Assembly (NCBI GenBank): GCA_964016885.1
Contig: OZ024743.1
Location: 232,252,001 to 232,316,000 of the forward strand
Length of the DNA stretch: 64,000 nucleotides
Reading direction: 5' to 3'
Source of the DNA: Eledone cirrhosa
Lineage: Eukaryota
A program made the translations under genes and the position numbers. Positions 1 to 15,702 of this stretch are shown here, piece by piece; the stretch's first letter is position 1, and each line of letters begins with the position of its first letter. The notes under the pieces are model-generated. The model did no database searches. It was not told where the DNA came from and saw only the letters and a program-made list of their open reading frames with translations.

Positions 1-942
1 TTGTGTGTCAGTGTGTGTCAGTGTGTGTATGTGTGTGTGTCTGTGTATGTCAGTGTGTGTGTCAGTGTATGTCAGTGTGTGTATGTTTGTGTGTCTGTGT
101 ATGTCAGTGTGTGTATGTTTGTGTGTCAGTGTATGTCAGTGTGTGTATGTTTGTGTGTCAGTGTATGTCAGTGTGTGTATGTTTTTGTCTCAGTGTATGT
201 CAGTGTGTGTATGTTTGTGTGTCAGTGCATGTCAGTGTGTATGTTTGTGTGTCAGTGTGTGTCAGTGTGTGTATATCTGTGTGTCAGTGTATGTCAGTGT
301 GTGTATGTTTGTGTGTCAGTGTGTGTCAGTGTGTGTATGCTTGTGTGTCAGTGTGTGTATGTTTGTGTGTCAGTGTGTGTCAGTGTTTGTTTGTGTGTCA
401 GTGTGTGTATGTTTGTGTGTCAGTGTATGTCAGTGTGTGTATGTTTGTGTGTCTGTGTATGTCAGTGTGTGTATGCTTGTGTGTCTGTGTATGTCAGTGT
501 GTGTATGCTTGTGTGTCAGTGTGTGTATGTCAGTGTGTATGTGTATGTCAGTGTGTATGTTTGTGTGTCAGTGTATGTTTGTGTGTCAGTGTGTGTCAGT
601 GTGTGTATGTTTGTGTGTCAGTGTATGTCAGTGTGTGTATGTTTGTGTGTCAGTGTGTGTCAGTGTGTGTATGTTTGTGTGTCAGTGTATGTCAGTGTGT
701 GTATGTTTGTGTGTCAGTGTATGTCAGCGTGTGTATGTTTGTGTGTCAGTGTATGTCAGTGTGTGTTTGTTTGTGTGTCAGTGTATGTCAGTGTGTATGT
801 GTGTGTGTCAGTGTATGTCAGTGTGTGTATGTTTGTGTGTCAGTGTATGTCAGTGTGTGTATGTCTGTGTGTCAGTGTATGTCAGTGTGTATGTGTGTGT
901 GTCAGTGTATGTCAGTGTGTATGTGTGTGTGTCACTGTATGT
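1..942. repeat. TG-rich minisatellite built from GTCAGTGT(AT/GT) and ATGTTTGTGT modules (about 32 bp higher-order unit)
   Basis: Repeated gtcagtgtatgtcagtgtgtgtatgtttgtgt. The three overlapping C/V-rich ORFs are artefacts. Confidence 0.9.
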
Positions 943-1251
943 TTGAGTATACTCATGAGATTATTAATGAATGTATCTATAATTAGTGAACTTCTTTTTC
1001 ACATGTGATTCATTATATTGTTCCCTCAAGAAAATATACGCATGTGGGTGTATATAAGTAGGCAGAATTTCGAAGTATATATACACACATACATATATAC
1101 CAACATACATATATATATAGAAGTACATACATACATTAATATATTATATTTCGTGTCGAAAGTTTAGTACTATAATGTTCTGAGACATTGTACTAATATA
1201 TTTTTAACCTTCATATAGTAGTATATATATGTGTGTGTATGTATGTATGTA

Positions 1252-1439
<188 letters not shown>

Positions 1440-1446
1440 TATATAA

Positions 1447-1510
<64 letters not shown>

Positions 1511-1524
1511 TTATATATATATAT

Positions 1525-1710
1525 GAAAAGGTATGACCCCGATGGCAGAGCTCAAGCCGTTTCGACGGCTATTTCTAGAGATAGCCGTCGAAACGGCTTG
1601 AGCTCTGCCGTTGGGGTCATACCTTTTCCTATTACCCACTCTACTACCCTAAGTATTGAGAACTCTGGTGCGTTATGATCCATCTGGTTCCTTATCACAA
1701 TTCCATCGTT
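1525..1710 (+). mobile_element. Short 3'-end fragment of Naiad-like PLE family C with fold-back inverted 5' part
   Basis: 1581-1710 matches 5932-6060 and 59225-59353. 1525-1572 is the reverse complement of 1581-1628. Confidence 0.75.
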
Positions 1711-1730
1711 TTTTATTGTTTTTTTTTTAT

Positions 1731-1920
1731 GTGGATTGGCAGTATCGGTAGAGGGTCGGACGCCATGCTTTGAAGCATAGAGTTACCTCCCTGTATGATC
1801 TGAGTTCAAATCCCGCCGAGATTAACTTTGCCTTTCATCCTTACGGGGGCGATAAAATAAAGTACCAGTAATGCACTGGGGCTGGGGATTTGCTGGCCTT
1901 GTGCCAAAAACTAGAAACAG

Positions 1921-1921
<1 letters not shown>
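1731..1921 (+). mobile_element. tRNA-derived SINE (GCCTTTCATCC central domain)
   Basis: A-box-like tggcagtatcgg, B-box gttcaaatcc, then ttaactttgcctttcatccttacgggg.cgataaaataaagtaccag. Three further close copies in the window. Confidence 0.8.
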
Positions 1922-1973
<52 letters not shown>

Positions 1974-2003
1974 TGTAAGTATATATATATATATATACAT
2001 ACA

Positions 2004-2600
2004 TTTGGTGCTACTGGTAACATGTATCCCAGTACAACCTGTCTCATGGTCGGGTCGTTGGCGACTAAACTGGCAACCCCACCAAGGTTTCTTGGTGAGG
2101 AGGGTGACTTTGGACATCCTGCAGGACTAAAAACAAAACCTGTCAAAGGGCAAGGGAGCTCTTAAAAGTCAATAGCCATCCAAAATCACCGGGAGAGATG
2201 ACCCCTTAGCCTTTGTCAAGGCAGAATTCTAGGAGAAGGAAAACTCTGATATAACACCTGCAACCCTGATGGTATCCAATGATGTTGACTTGTTCTTCTT
2301 TTTGGTAAATATCATCTTGGTTAAGAGAGTGGGACTGGCTTTGTGCAGTGCCTTTGCTCACTATAAAAGCTTCACAGCACAGGCATTGCTTTATATCTGG
2401 AGATCTCCCTGCACTTGTCATCACATGGTACCATGGGCCCTGCACTATGTGTCAATAATGGTCACAAGTGTAGTCTTTGTACCAGAGTTTTCAAGTCGCT
2501 GGCTGGACTAAAAAGTCACATTCGTTCAGCGCATCGGTAGGGGTTCTCCTACATGGATATAAAGTAGTGGCCGTACTCGAAAACGAGTTGGCAGCCACCA
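2004..2600 (+). mobile_element. Non-autonomous ~600 bp retroelement, probably RTE-derived (copy 1)
   Basis: Matches 48033-48443 and 48460-49020 on the opposite strand. Shared 3' end cgagttggcagcc(a/g)cc into microsatellite, variable 5' ends. ctaggagaaggaaaactctgatata resembles RTE 5' UTRs. Confidence 0.6.
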
Positions 2601-2671
2601 TATATATATATATATATATTCATATACATATATATTTATATATATATATACTCATATATATATATATTTAC

Positions 2672-2746
<75 letters not shown>

Positions 2747-3649
2747 GATGTATATTTATATATATATATATATATATTTATACGTATATTTTTATATCTA
2801 TCTCTCTCTCTATATATATATATATATGCCAAAATGAGTACTATGTAGCTACGCATTTATATGTAATTAGTATTATATACATAATTTAATCCCTACGTTC
2901 ATATGTAAAAATATAGTTGACAATTCGACCGTCACTGACATATGTATCACACACGCATATATTAATATATACATTTATAATCATCGAGGCCTACATATGT
3001 GTGTGCGTGTGTGTGTGTGTGTATGAGTTCATGTGTGTGTGAGTTCGTGCGTATGTGTGTGTGTGTGTGTGTGTGTGCTTTATACTAACGTCATATTTTT
3101 TAAGATCTTTTATGTTCTAATTAGTCATTTATGTTTCTCTTGGAAAAATAGCTTTTGCAAATCCATTAGGCAATTAAAGTGTTGAGATCTTAACAACAAC
3201 TTCCTCTTCGGAATAAGAGTTACATGTGCGATGGAAGATTTCGACTGAGGGTTAGAAAAAAGGTTACTTTTGCAGCATATAAAACTCTGGTTGTTACACA
3301 TGAAAGTATAGTGCGTTTGTGTGTGGCTCTGTATGTGTGTGTGTGCGTGTGTGTGTGTGTGTGTGGGGGGGCATATATGTGTCAGTGTATGAGAGAGGCT
3401 ATATATATATATATATATATATATATTCCAGTGTCGGGTAAGATAGATAACGATCGAACCTTGAGCTGAGCAGTAGCGAAACACGCGTCACAAATCAATA
3501 AATGTAATGAAGGAGTAACCAATCGTCCTTGTTATCTTTTCACTATAATACACTCTGTTTAGCTCTACACCTCGACACTGAAATGTCGAGGTGTAAACAT
3601 CGAGTGTTCATCCGGGTGAACCTACAGTAACTCCTAGTTACACTCCCTG

Positions 3650-3726
<77 letters not shown>

Positions 3727-3747
3727 CTGTATATATATATATATATA

Positions 3748-4105
3748 TTGGTAAAAGGAAAAGAAAATGCTGACAAATTATTCCCTTGAAAAATAGTTTA
3801 ATTAGGAATAAGTAAAAATTAGTAATAAGTATTGGTTAGTAATAAATATTGGTTAGTAATAAGTATTGTTTGCTCTCAGATTAGAGCAAACATCACGGGT
3901 GCTCTATCTCATAATTATGTTTGAAAAGCATTAGAAATGCGCAACCGTTAAAAACTTACAACTAAAACTGAATACTAACCAATATATATTACTCATTTTT
4001 AGTTATTCCTAGTTGAACTATTTTTCACTGGGGAGAATTTATCAGCATTTTCTTTTCCTTTTACCAATATATCACAACTCGTGTGTAACACCTCTATTCT
4101 TTTAT
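3748..4105 (+). mobile_element. Short PLE/retrozyme-type terminus with inverted arms and degenerate HHR
   Basis: ~3748-3830 is an inverted copy of ~3988-4070. At ~3918-3955: TTGAAAA-GCATT/AATGC-GCAAC-CG-TTA, a decayed relative of the 4154 ribozyme. Confidence 0.5.
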
Positions 4106-4153
4106 ATATATATATATGATGTGAGAAAAACAACAGACCCTCCATCTCAACTA

Positions 4154-4193
4154 TACTTTTGAAAAGCAGAAGCACTGCGAAACCGGTAAAGTA
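4154..4193 (+). ncRNA. Minimal type I hammerhead ribozyme, U3-A8 core variant
   Basis: TACTT-TTGAAAA-GCAG(aagca)CTGC-GAAAC-CG-GTA/AAGTA. Stems I, II and III all pair. Confidence 0.75.
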
Positions 4194-4322
4194 ATCAAAT
4201 AAATAAATATATTTTTTTTTAAATAAGACTCCAGTTGCATTTTCGATTCCATCTTTTTTTCTTTATACTTTCACTCGTGTAGGACACCTCGGTTATATTT
4301 CATTTTGTAAAAAAAACCTCAC

Positions 4323-4396
<74 letters not shown>

Positions 4397-4422
4397 ACAC
4401 ACATATACATATATATATATTA

Positions 4423-4506
4423 TGTATACTCCAGTCCTACAAACTGTAGAGTGCTTCTTATCCGATACCTGCATTGCTTTATTGTACTACAATAAAACAC
4501 ACCTCC

Positions 4507-4510
<4 letters not shown>
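4423..4510. repeat. Short dispersed repeat in (TA)n, second copy at 15460-15548
   Basis: tatactccagt.ctacaaactg.agagtgct.cttatccgata.ctgcattgcttta...cacctcctacata appears twice. Confidence 0.7.
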
Positions 4511-4592
<82 letters not shown>

Positions 4593-4764
4593 TATATATA
4601 TATATGTATATGTGTGTATATATGTTTCTAGCAAAAAGCCACCAGCCGTAAGCAACTACCACACTCCTTCCAACCTGACCACTGCTACGTCACGATTCGT
4701 TAGCCATTTTTGAATGTATTCTTGGCGCGATCACTTTGGAAAATTTATTGTCTAGATTAGAGCA

Positions 4765-4841
4765 AACTCCTGAAGAGTCCGATGCTCGAGTTTCCGAAGT
4801 TATTGGAAATCTCAAATTGCCGACGAAACCATGGTAGACGT
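4765..4841 (+). ncRNA. Type I hammerhead ribozyme in a 4630-4980 non-coding element related to the 51.5-52.3 kb unit
   Basis: CTGAAGA-GTC...GAC-GAAAC-CATG-GTA with palindromic loop 3. Stem I is weakened. Upstream 4640-4770 resembles the reverse complement of 51865-51990. Confidence 0.65.
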
Positions 4842-4999
4842 AAATAAATGTATTCTCTTTTCTCCTAGTTTATTTTACACCTAATTCTGTTTAATTGACT
4901 GTATATCTGGCGTTTACGCTGTCGAAATATTCGATAAATATTCCGTCGCAGCTGACGCGAAGGGCTAGTTTCGGTTATTTGTTGGAGATTTCTTCATAG

Positions 5000-6172
<1,173 letters not shown>

Positions 6173-6234
6173 TACATATATATATGTATATATATATATA
6201 TATATACACTTATACATATATATATATATATATG

Positions 6235-6373
<139 letters not shown>

Positions 6374-6431
6374 CGAAGGGAATGTGGTAAGGAACCAGGT
6401 GGACCATAACGCACCAAAGTACTCAATAAAA

Positions 6432-8520
6432 TAAGACAAACAGACACAAAAATATTATTCCCAGAGACAGGAAAATCTTTATGAGACGTAAAACCAAGCT
6501 CTTACACCAGTTGAATAGTCAACAAAACAAAAACAAGAAGGAATCCTATTTGAAATGTGCACTACTTGGCACCGAGACTGCACTCAAGCTTTCCCATGAG
6601 AATGAGAGGGCAAAGAAAGAGAACAGGGCCATAGAGAACATTAAAACAAACCCTAAGGTTTTCTTTAAATTTGCAAAAGAAACTGCCTCGGTACGCTGCA
6701 AGATTGGGCCACTCTTCCATACGGACGTTTCATTAACCGTAAGCCCCCAACAGATATGTGAAATACTGAACGAACAGTACAAAAGTGTGTTCACATGTCC
6801 ACTGAGGCACATGCAAATAACGAAAGCAGAGGAGTTATTTGTTGCTACAACCCTACATGAAGAAATAGCGACCATTAACCACATAGACATAACGGAGGAG
6901 GATGTGGTGTACGCCATTGATGAAATTAGAACAGAATCAGCTGCTCGACCTTATGGATTCACAGCAGTTTTCTTAAAAATATGTAAGCGGGTCTTAGCAA
7001 CACCACTGAAGATGCTCTTCTGAAGCTCCTTGGCTAGCTGAAAGAAGGCACAATATGCCCTATCCATAAAGGAGGTAGCAGAGCGGAGGCCAAAAACTAT
7101 AGGCCAATCTCCCTGACGTCGCATATCAGTAAGGTCATGGAGCGAGTCGTCAGAAAGAAACTGATCACTTTCCTCGGGAAAAATGACCGCCTGACTAGCA
7201 CGCAACATGGCTTCCGCCCAGGAAGAAGCTGCCTTACACAGCTGCTACATCACTACGACTGGGTACTGAAACAACTACTAGACAGCTCGCATGTGGACGT
7301 GATATATCTTGACTTTGCGAAGGCCTTTGAAAAGGTCAACCACGGAATGATACGTCACAAACTACACGGACTCGGCATAACTGGAAAAGTAGGTGAGTGG
7401 CTGCATGACTTCCTAAAGGACAGAAGCCAGACAGTCGCAGAAATGGGGCCCTCTCAAAGGAAACACCAATAACAAGTTGGGTGTCCCAGGGGACAGTCCT
7501 GGGACCACTACTATTTTTGGTGACTCTCTCAGACATGCCCTCTGTAGTACATACAACAACATCCCTCACTAGCTATGCTGATGACACTAAGGTAGCACAG
7601 GCAATCAAAAACCCGGCTGACGCTGCCCTTTTACAACAAGATCTGGATACCATATACAAATGGGTGGAAGAAAACAACATGCAGTTTAATGCTGGCAAAT
7701 TCCAAGCCCTACAATACAAACCACCAAACAAACCTGCAAACACAAATACGAGACTTGGGCATAGACATGAGCGATGATGCATCTTTTTCCTCACACATCA
7801 GGAAAGTGGCGACAATGTGCAGACGACCCGCTGGCTGGATCTTGAGGACTTTCCGGAAAAGAGACCGAGACACCATGTTGTCACTATGGAGGACATTTGT
7901 CCTCAGACGCCTGGATTAATGCTCCCAGTTGTGGTCACCCTATAGTGTCAAACTAACCACGGGGCTTGAGGAAATCCAGCGAAGCTACACCAAGAGGATT
8001 GCCACGATCGTGGAGACAAGCTACTGGGAGAGGCTAAAGGAACTGAACCTCTTCTCTTTGGAAAGAAGACGGGAGAGAACGAAGACAGCAGTGATCTACA
8101 TGTGGAAAATGCTGGAGGGACTAGCACCAAACTTTGGCATTGGGAGCTGGAACAACCGTCGAACATGAAGTCACTGTGTGGTGCCAAATGTGCCGTATTC
8201 CACATCTAGAATAAGGAGCAGGTATTGCAATAGCCTGGGCTTCAAGGGCCCTCAACTCTTCAACAAGCTGCCGAGGGATCTGAGAGATTTGCATGACGTG
8301 GAGGTATATGTCTTCAAGAAATATCGCGACACCTTGTTATCCAGGATCCCGGATGAGCCCACAGCAAGGCACGAGGGAAATCTAAGGGCAGCAGCAACAA
8401 ACTCCCTCTTACACCAGTAGCCAACCTATAATGGCTGGAGATAAAATGTGTAGCAACATGGGCGGTGCCCCTACTTGGTCTCAGCCTGATGGCTGAAACA
8501 GGTGAAAGAGTGAAAGAGTA
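6432..8520 (+). mobile_element. 5'-truncated CR1-group LINE with disrupted RT ORF2
   Basis: QHGFRPGRSCLTQL, VIYLDFAKAF, QGTVLGPLLF, YADDT, with stops and frameshifts. 3' tail ...gctgaaacaggtgaaagagtgaaagag. Same family as 21881-25680. Confidence 0.9.
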
Positions 8521-8524
8521 ATAT

Positions 8525-8559
<35 letters not shown>

Positions 8560-8621
8560 AAAATATATTTATATATGTATATATATATGTATATATATAT
8601 ATATATGTGTATATATATATG

Positions 8622-8714
<93 letters not shown>

Positions 8715-8743
8715 GTGTGTATATATATATATACATATATATA

Positions 8744-8807
<64 letters not shown>

Positions 8808-9057
8808 AATATACATATATATATATATACACACATATATATATATATATATGTGTGTGTATATATCGTTCCTATATATATGTGTGTGTGTGTGTATATA
8901 TATATACGTATATGTGTGTGTGTGTGTGTGTGTATATATATACATATATATATATATATAGGAACGATCGACTTTCGTCAAATCGGACGGACGAAACAGT
9001 GTTTCCGTCGGTCTTTCCAATTGCTAATACTATCTAGCGGTCGCAACTCCAGGTAGA

Positions 9058-9188
9058 AGGAGCAACGTGAAATAAAGTGTCTTGCTCAAGGACATAACGC
9101 ATCACCCTGTCCAGGAATCGAACTCACAACCTTACGATTGGCAATCCAATTCTCTAACCACTCAGCTACACGCCTTCACACACGCCTT
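9058..9188 (-). mobile_element. 5' part of a tRNA-derived CORE-type SINE
   Basis: Minus strand: gaaggcgtgtagctgagtggttag (A box) ... gagttcgattcc (B box) ... tgtccttgagcaagacacttt (CORE-like). Confidence 0.7.
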
Positions 9189-9205
9189 CATATATATACA
9201 TATAT

Positions 9206-9254
<49 letters not shown>

Positions 9255-9255
9255 T

Positions 9256-10135
<880 letters not shown>

Positions 10136-10261
10136 ATATATATATATATATATGTGTGAATGAAGTAATTCCATCGGAAAAGTCCAGGAAAAAAGAGTGC
10201 TCTATGTAGGCAACAGAGCTTAATTATTATTATTATGTAATAAACAACATAAGGCAATTAT

Positions 10262-10320
10262 TCCATTTACCAGTGGTTTCTTAAAAGCAAAAGGTTTTCG
10301 CTTTCAATCCTCAGAATGAA
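10262..10320 (-). ncRNA. Type I hammerhead ribozyme
   Basis: Minus strand: TTCATT-CTGAGGA-TTGAAAGC...GCTTTTAA-GAAAC-CACTG-GTA/AATGGA. Confidence 0.7.
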
Positions 10321-10600
10321 AAAATCCTGGTTTGTTTATTGAATTTGGATTTTAAAAACAAAAATGCAATCTATATGAAAGTGAGGCTGGAGAAGGGAGA
10401 AGGAAAGGAAAAATAAAATAAAACTACACATGCAAACACACACAAAAAAACACAAAAGCATACTTACACACACATACATATATACATATATATATAAATG
10501 TACGCATACATATATACATATACACATATATATATAAAACGTACACCTACACACACATACACATATATACACACATATACACATACATACATTCATACAT

Positions 10601-10637
<37 letters not shown>

Positions 10638-10657
10638 TACACACACACATATATATA

Positions 10658-10705
<48 letters not shown>

Positions 10706-11123
10706 TACACATACACACACATACACATGTGTGTGTACAAGCATACACATACACAAACATAGCCATACACACACACATATATATACACATACATACATTC
10801 ACACAAACATACAGCGTACATACATACACATACATGAATGCACTCCTCTACATATTCACACACGCAAATAAATATAAGAAAAAAAAATATATATATATTA
10901 AACAATTTTTGACACCGATACATGACCCAGCTAACAGGACAGACACGCGTGGTAAGTAATACACACAAAAGCACGTATACATACGTACGAAATAGTAAAC
11001 ACATACACACACTCTCACACATAAATATACATATACAAATACATAAACACATACATACACATACATACACAAACACGCACACGTATATAATATAAACACA
11101 CACACATGTATATGTAATTATAT

Positions 11124-11218
<95 letters not shown>

Positions 11219-11348
11219 CAAAAATATAACAATATAAACGCACACACACACACACATATATATACGTAAACACACATATACATAAATAGCTAAACAATTA
11301 TACACATGCAAATACGTATATATCAAAAGCACGCACAACCAAATACAA

Positions 11349-11379
<31 letters not shown>

Positions 11380-11404
11380 TAAAAATAAATACACACGCAC
11401 ACAA

Positions 11405-11459
<55 letters not shown>

Positions 11460-11509
11460 TACACATACACGTACATATACACATATGCATACACATACAC
11501 AGACACATA

Positions 11510-11752
11510 TACATGTGTGTATGTGTAAAGCGCAGTATTAGATAAGACAAATGAACCTTACATAAACGTATATATAAGTAGTAAAGTAATAAAGCAACAT
11601 AAGGCAATTAATCCATTCACCAGAGGTTTCTTAAAAGCAAAAAATGTTTCCTTCAATCTTCAGAATGAAAAAAATGAAAAAAAACTGGTTTATCCACATA
11701 TACATACATATACACACACGAATATACATATATATACACACATACACACACG

Positions 11753-11793
<41 letters not shown>

Positions 11794-11852
11794 TCTTTTA
11801 CTCTTTTACCTGTTTCAGCCATCCGGCTGAGGCCATGCTGGGGCACCGCCCT

Positions 11853-11893
<41 letters not shown>

Positions 11894-12350
11894 CATATAT
11901 ACATATATATACATATATATATATATATACACACAAAAATATAAAAATAAAAATACATACACATACACATAGGTATGTGAAGGGCAAAACAAAAAGAATA
12001 TATAGGGGGGGGGGCATAAGAGGAGGTAAAATATAAAGGGAGGTAAGGGAGAAAAAAATGTTGTAAATATACAAGAGTACAGAAGGTAGAATCAGCAAAA
12101 TAAAAAACGTAGCAGAAGTAAAGAGCAGGAAAGGAGTTCAAGGCGGATGATTTCTCATAGGAGTGTCAATCCAGTTACAGATCAGATGCGATTTCAGATG
12201 AGGACAGCATCTGAAGATCTCAGTCTTTGAGTTAAGGCAAGCGGAAGTGGCTCTCAAGTTTAGCAAAATCCTATACTTTTCTGTGGTACACAAAGAACAA
12301 TTCTTTGTGCCCCTTTGGTACTCCCTCGAATGGCCTAATATAGACAAATC
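11510..12350 (-). mobile_element. 3' end of a Naiad-like PLE: ORF C-terminus, UTR and HHR
   Basis: ORF 12138-12347 CSLCTTEKYRIL...LNSKTEIFRCCPH (Naiad-type C-terminus). HHR at 11612-11669 (CTGAAGA...GAAAC-CTCTG-GTG) has a GUG triplet, probably inactive. Confidence 0.7.
11793..11853 (-). mobile_element. Isolated 60-bp 3' tail of the CR1-group LINE (or of a SINE sharing that tail)
   Basis: Nearly identical to 21882-21942. Confidence 0.8.
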
Positions 12351-12383
12351 AATAGAGTATATATAGATATATATATATATATA

Positions 12384-14535
12384 TTTTCTTTCTGAATTTG
12401 TTTAGCAAGATTCTTTATCTGAAATCGTGTGTTGAAACCGATATTGTTATACTTTGGGAGGGTCATGTTGCCAATAAGAAACACACGCACCAGTAGCTTT
12501 CACTTCAATTTATTATATATTTATAAATTTATAAATTTACAAATCTACAAATTTAAAAATTTCTGGTTGGTTGGTTGGTTCCACAACCAGATAGTTGTTT
12601 ATATATAGTCAAAGTCCTTTCGTCACGCACTCTGTGACCTCTTCAGTGACTGGGGATTCCTTTCTTTGTTTCTGTGCCTTTCCTTTCTTCTGTCCTACGC
12701 CATTTTGTTTCTGTGTGTGTGTTGTGTGCTCAGTTTGCGCATGTGCCACATCCGGGTGTATGTGTGTGTTTGTGTTCATTTATCTATTTGCTTATTTATT
12801 TACATGTTATTGGTTGATTGTTTGTTCTATGTGTGTGTGTGTTTTCATTTTGTCCTTAATTGTAAGTTGTGATGTTGCTGTTCCACTCATATTTTCTATT
12901 TAATTTTGGTTGTAATTCTTTTATGTTTATTGCCTCTGTAATTTGTCTAAACATTGCATCTTTTCTGTGTGTAGATTCTATTTTTATTTCTATGTTCTCT
13001 AATTTACCCTTGTGTTCTATCTTAGCATGTTGGTAGAGTACAGATGAATCTTTATTATCTTGAAGGTCTCGCCAGTGTTCATTTATCCGTTCCCCTATAC
13101 TACGAGCTGTCTCAACTATGTACACTATATTTTTGTTTCTACATTGTCCTTCAGTACATCTTATGCTATACACTACATTTCTAGTTTTACAGTTAATATG
13201 GGGGCTTATTTTACAGGTTATACATTTCTTATCTATACATGAGGGTCTTTGGAACGGGTATGTCTTGCTAATAAGTGTTTTTACGGAGGTACCTGGTTTT
13301 TCTACTATCTTAATATTGAGTTCATGTTTATTTAGGGCCCTTCTAAATTTGTAGGCTAGTTCGCCTCTAGGGGTTGTATCGATGAACATTACACTCTGGT
13401 ATTTATTGCTATCATACCATGAGTTTATTCTATTGGCCTTGTTCCTAGTTCTTTCTATTCTATTCCAAAATTAGCTCCTATACAAGGGCAGGTCCCATTT
13501 ATGTCATTATTTACCATTTTTTCCCATTTGGTTCTGGCTCCTCTATTCACTCTGATTCTATCTCTCTGATTGTAGCCAGAGAACTGCATACGGTGGATGA
13601 AGTGTTGTATGTGTCTCTCTAGTTCTTCGGGGTTGCACATGCGGGACACATTTCTCATCACCCGTACCAAATCCGCAATCAGTATATTGATTTTGGTATG
13701 GTCCGAAATGGCCGAGTTTCGGTGGATTAGATGTTTGGAAGTCATGGGTTTGGCATAATGGGAATAGAGGATTTGTTTTTGGTTGTTAATGGTATCTAAC
13801 CAGAGCTCTGTGTCTAGTACAGGTAATCGATGGTTGGGGTGTCTACTTGGGTAGTCTATAGTAACTCTAATGTTCTGGTGGATGGAGTTTGCTATTTGCT
13901 GGATGCTTTCCATTGTGTTTTTCTCTAGTTCCTGACTGTTCTCTAGTGGGGGTGTCTTAACTACGATGTTTATATCATCTACGTAGCGGGAGTACATTAT
14001 CAGGGTTAAGCTGTCTTCTAATTGTTCTTTAAGTTTAAGTTTAAGTTTAAGTCTGCTGTCCCACCATACCATGAATAAGTTAGCTATGTCCCCTGCAATG
14101 CTAACACCAATGGCTGCTCCTTCCTCTTGGGCATATGTTTTTCCATTAAATTTGAACATATGTTCCTTAAGGGTTAATTTTATGCTGGCCCCTACCGCAT
14201 GTGCAATCATTTTCTTCAGTTCATCGTGGTTTTCGGGTGTCCGTATGGCTCTGGTCCACCCGTTCCATCTATCTGTGTGGGTTTTCTTGGCCATTGAGGT
14301 AATGGTAGGTGGTCTGCCTCTTGCTGGTCTTGTAGGGCACAGGTTGCTAAGGTCATAAGTGTCTAGGTAACTATTACTATGGGTAAGCTTAAGTAGAAGT
14401 TAAAAAACTTAAAAAGCTTAAGTGGAAGTTAGAAAACTTAAAGAACAATTAGAAGACAGCTTAACCCTGATAATGTACTCCCGCTACGTAGATGATATAA
14501 ACATCGTAGTTAAGACACCCCCACTAAAGAACAGT
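12384..14535 (-). mobile_element. 5'-truncated Neptune-like PLE family A (RT + GIY-YIG), with 3' pseudo-LTR and 5' inversion
   Basis: RT: QEEGAAIGVSIAGDIANLFM, SRYVDDI (13455-14294). Endonuclease: CxxC...CKTRNVVYSIRC...YIVETARSIGERINEH (12856-13389). 3' terminus re-encodes the ORF start [15 protein letters not shown]. ~14435-14540 is an inverted copy of ~13930-14035. Confidence 0.9.
12607..12651 (-). ncRNA. Minimal type I hammerhead ribozyme (family A)
   Basis: Minus strand: AGTCA-CTGAAGA-G-GTCAC(agagtgc)GTGAC-GAAAG-GA-CTT/TGACT. Confidence 0.8.
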
Positions 14536-14590
14536 CAGGAACTATATATGACCCTCCCCAAATATAACAATATATAAATATATATATGTG

Positions 14591-14701
<111 letters not shown>

Positions 14702-14788
14702 GTGTATATATATCTATGTATATATATATATATGTATATATATGTATGTATATATATATATATAAACACGTATATATATACACATATG

Positions 14789-14837
<49 letters not shown>

Positions 14838-14854
14838 GTATATATATGTGTATG

Positions 14855-14907
<53 letters not shown>

Positions 14908-15015
14908 GTGTATATATATATATAAATGTGTATATATATATATATATATGTGTATATATATGTATATATATATATATGTATATATATATATACATATACA
15001 TATATATATATATAC

Positions 15016-15055
<40 letters not shown>

Positions 15056-15065
15056 ATATATATAC

Positions 15066-15137
<72 letters not shown>

Positions 15138-15178
15138 ATCTATATCTATGTATATATATATATGTATATATATGTACG

Positions 15179-15210
<32 letters not shown>

Positions 15211-15250
15211 TGTATATATATGTATATATATATGTGTATATATATCTATG

Positions 15251-15283
<33 letters not shown>

Positions 15284-15543
15284 ATATATATGTATATATA
15301 TATATATATATGTGTGTATATATATCTATGTATATATATATATGTATATATATGTATGTATATATATATATATATAAACACATGTATATATATACACATA
15401 TGTTTATATATATATATATATATACACACACACATAATATATATATATGTAATGTATTATTTATACTCCAGTGCTACAAACTGAAGAGTGCTACTTATCC
15501 GATAGCTGCATTGCTTTATTCTACTACAATAAAACTCACCTCC

Positions 15544-15577
<34 letters not shown>

Positions 15578-15702
15578 TATATATATATATATAGTTATAC
15601 TCTGGGAGGGACATGTTGCCAATATATATACATATACACATATATAAACATATACACATATTTAAATATAATATATAAATATATATATATATAAATATAA
15701 AT

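Noticed and set aside
1-942. CRISPR-like or telomeric array
   Set aside because: No unique spacers, eukaryotic context, and no TTAGGG.
1731-1820. tRNA genes at A/B-box motifs (also 9110-9188)
   Set aside because: No cloverleaf, and the motifs continue into SINE bodies.
3377-3404. gtgtcagtgtatgagagaggctata shared with ~33931-33955
   Set aside because: Too short and low in complexity to interpret.
3460-3490. HHR-like tga-GCT...AGC-GAAAC-ACGC-GTC
   Set aside because: The 5' core and stem I are missing, so at most a truncated remnant.
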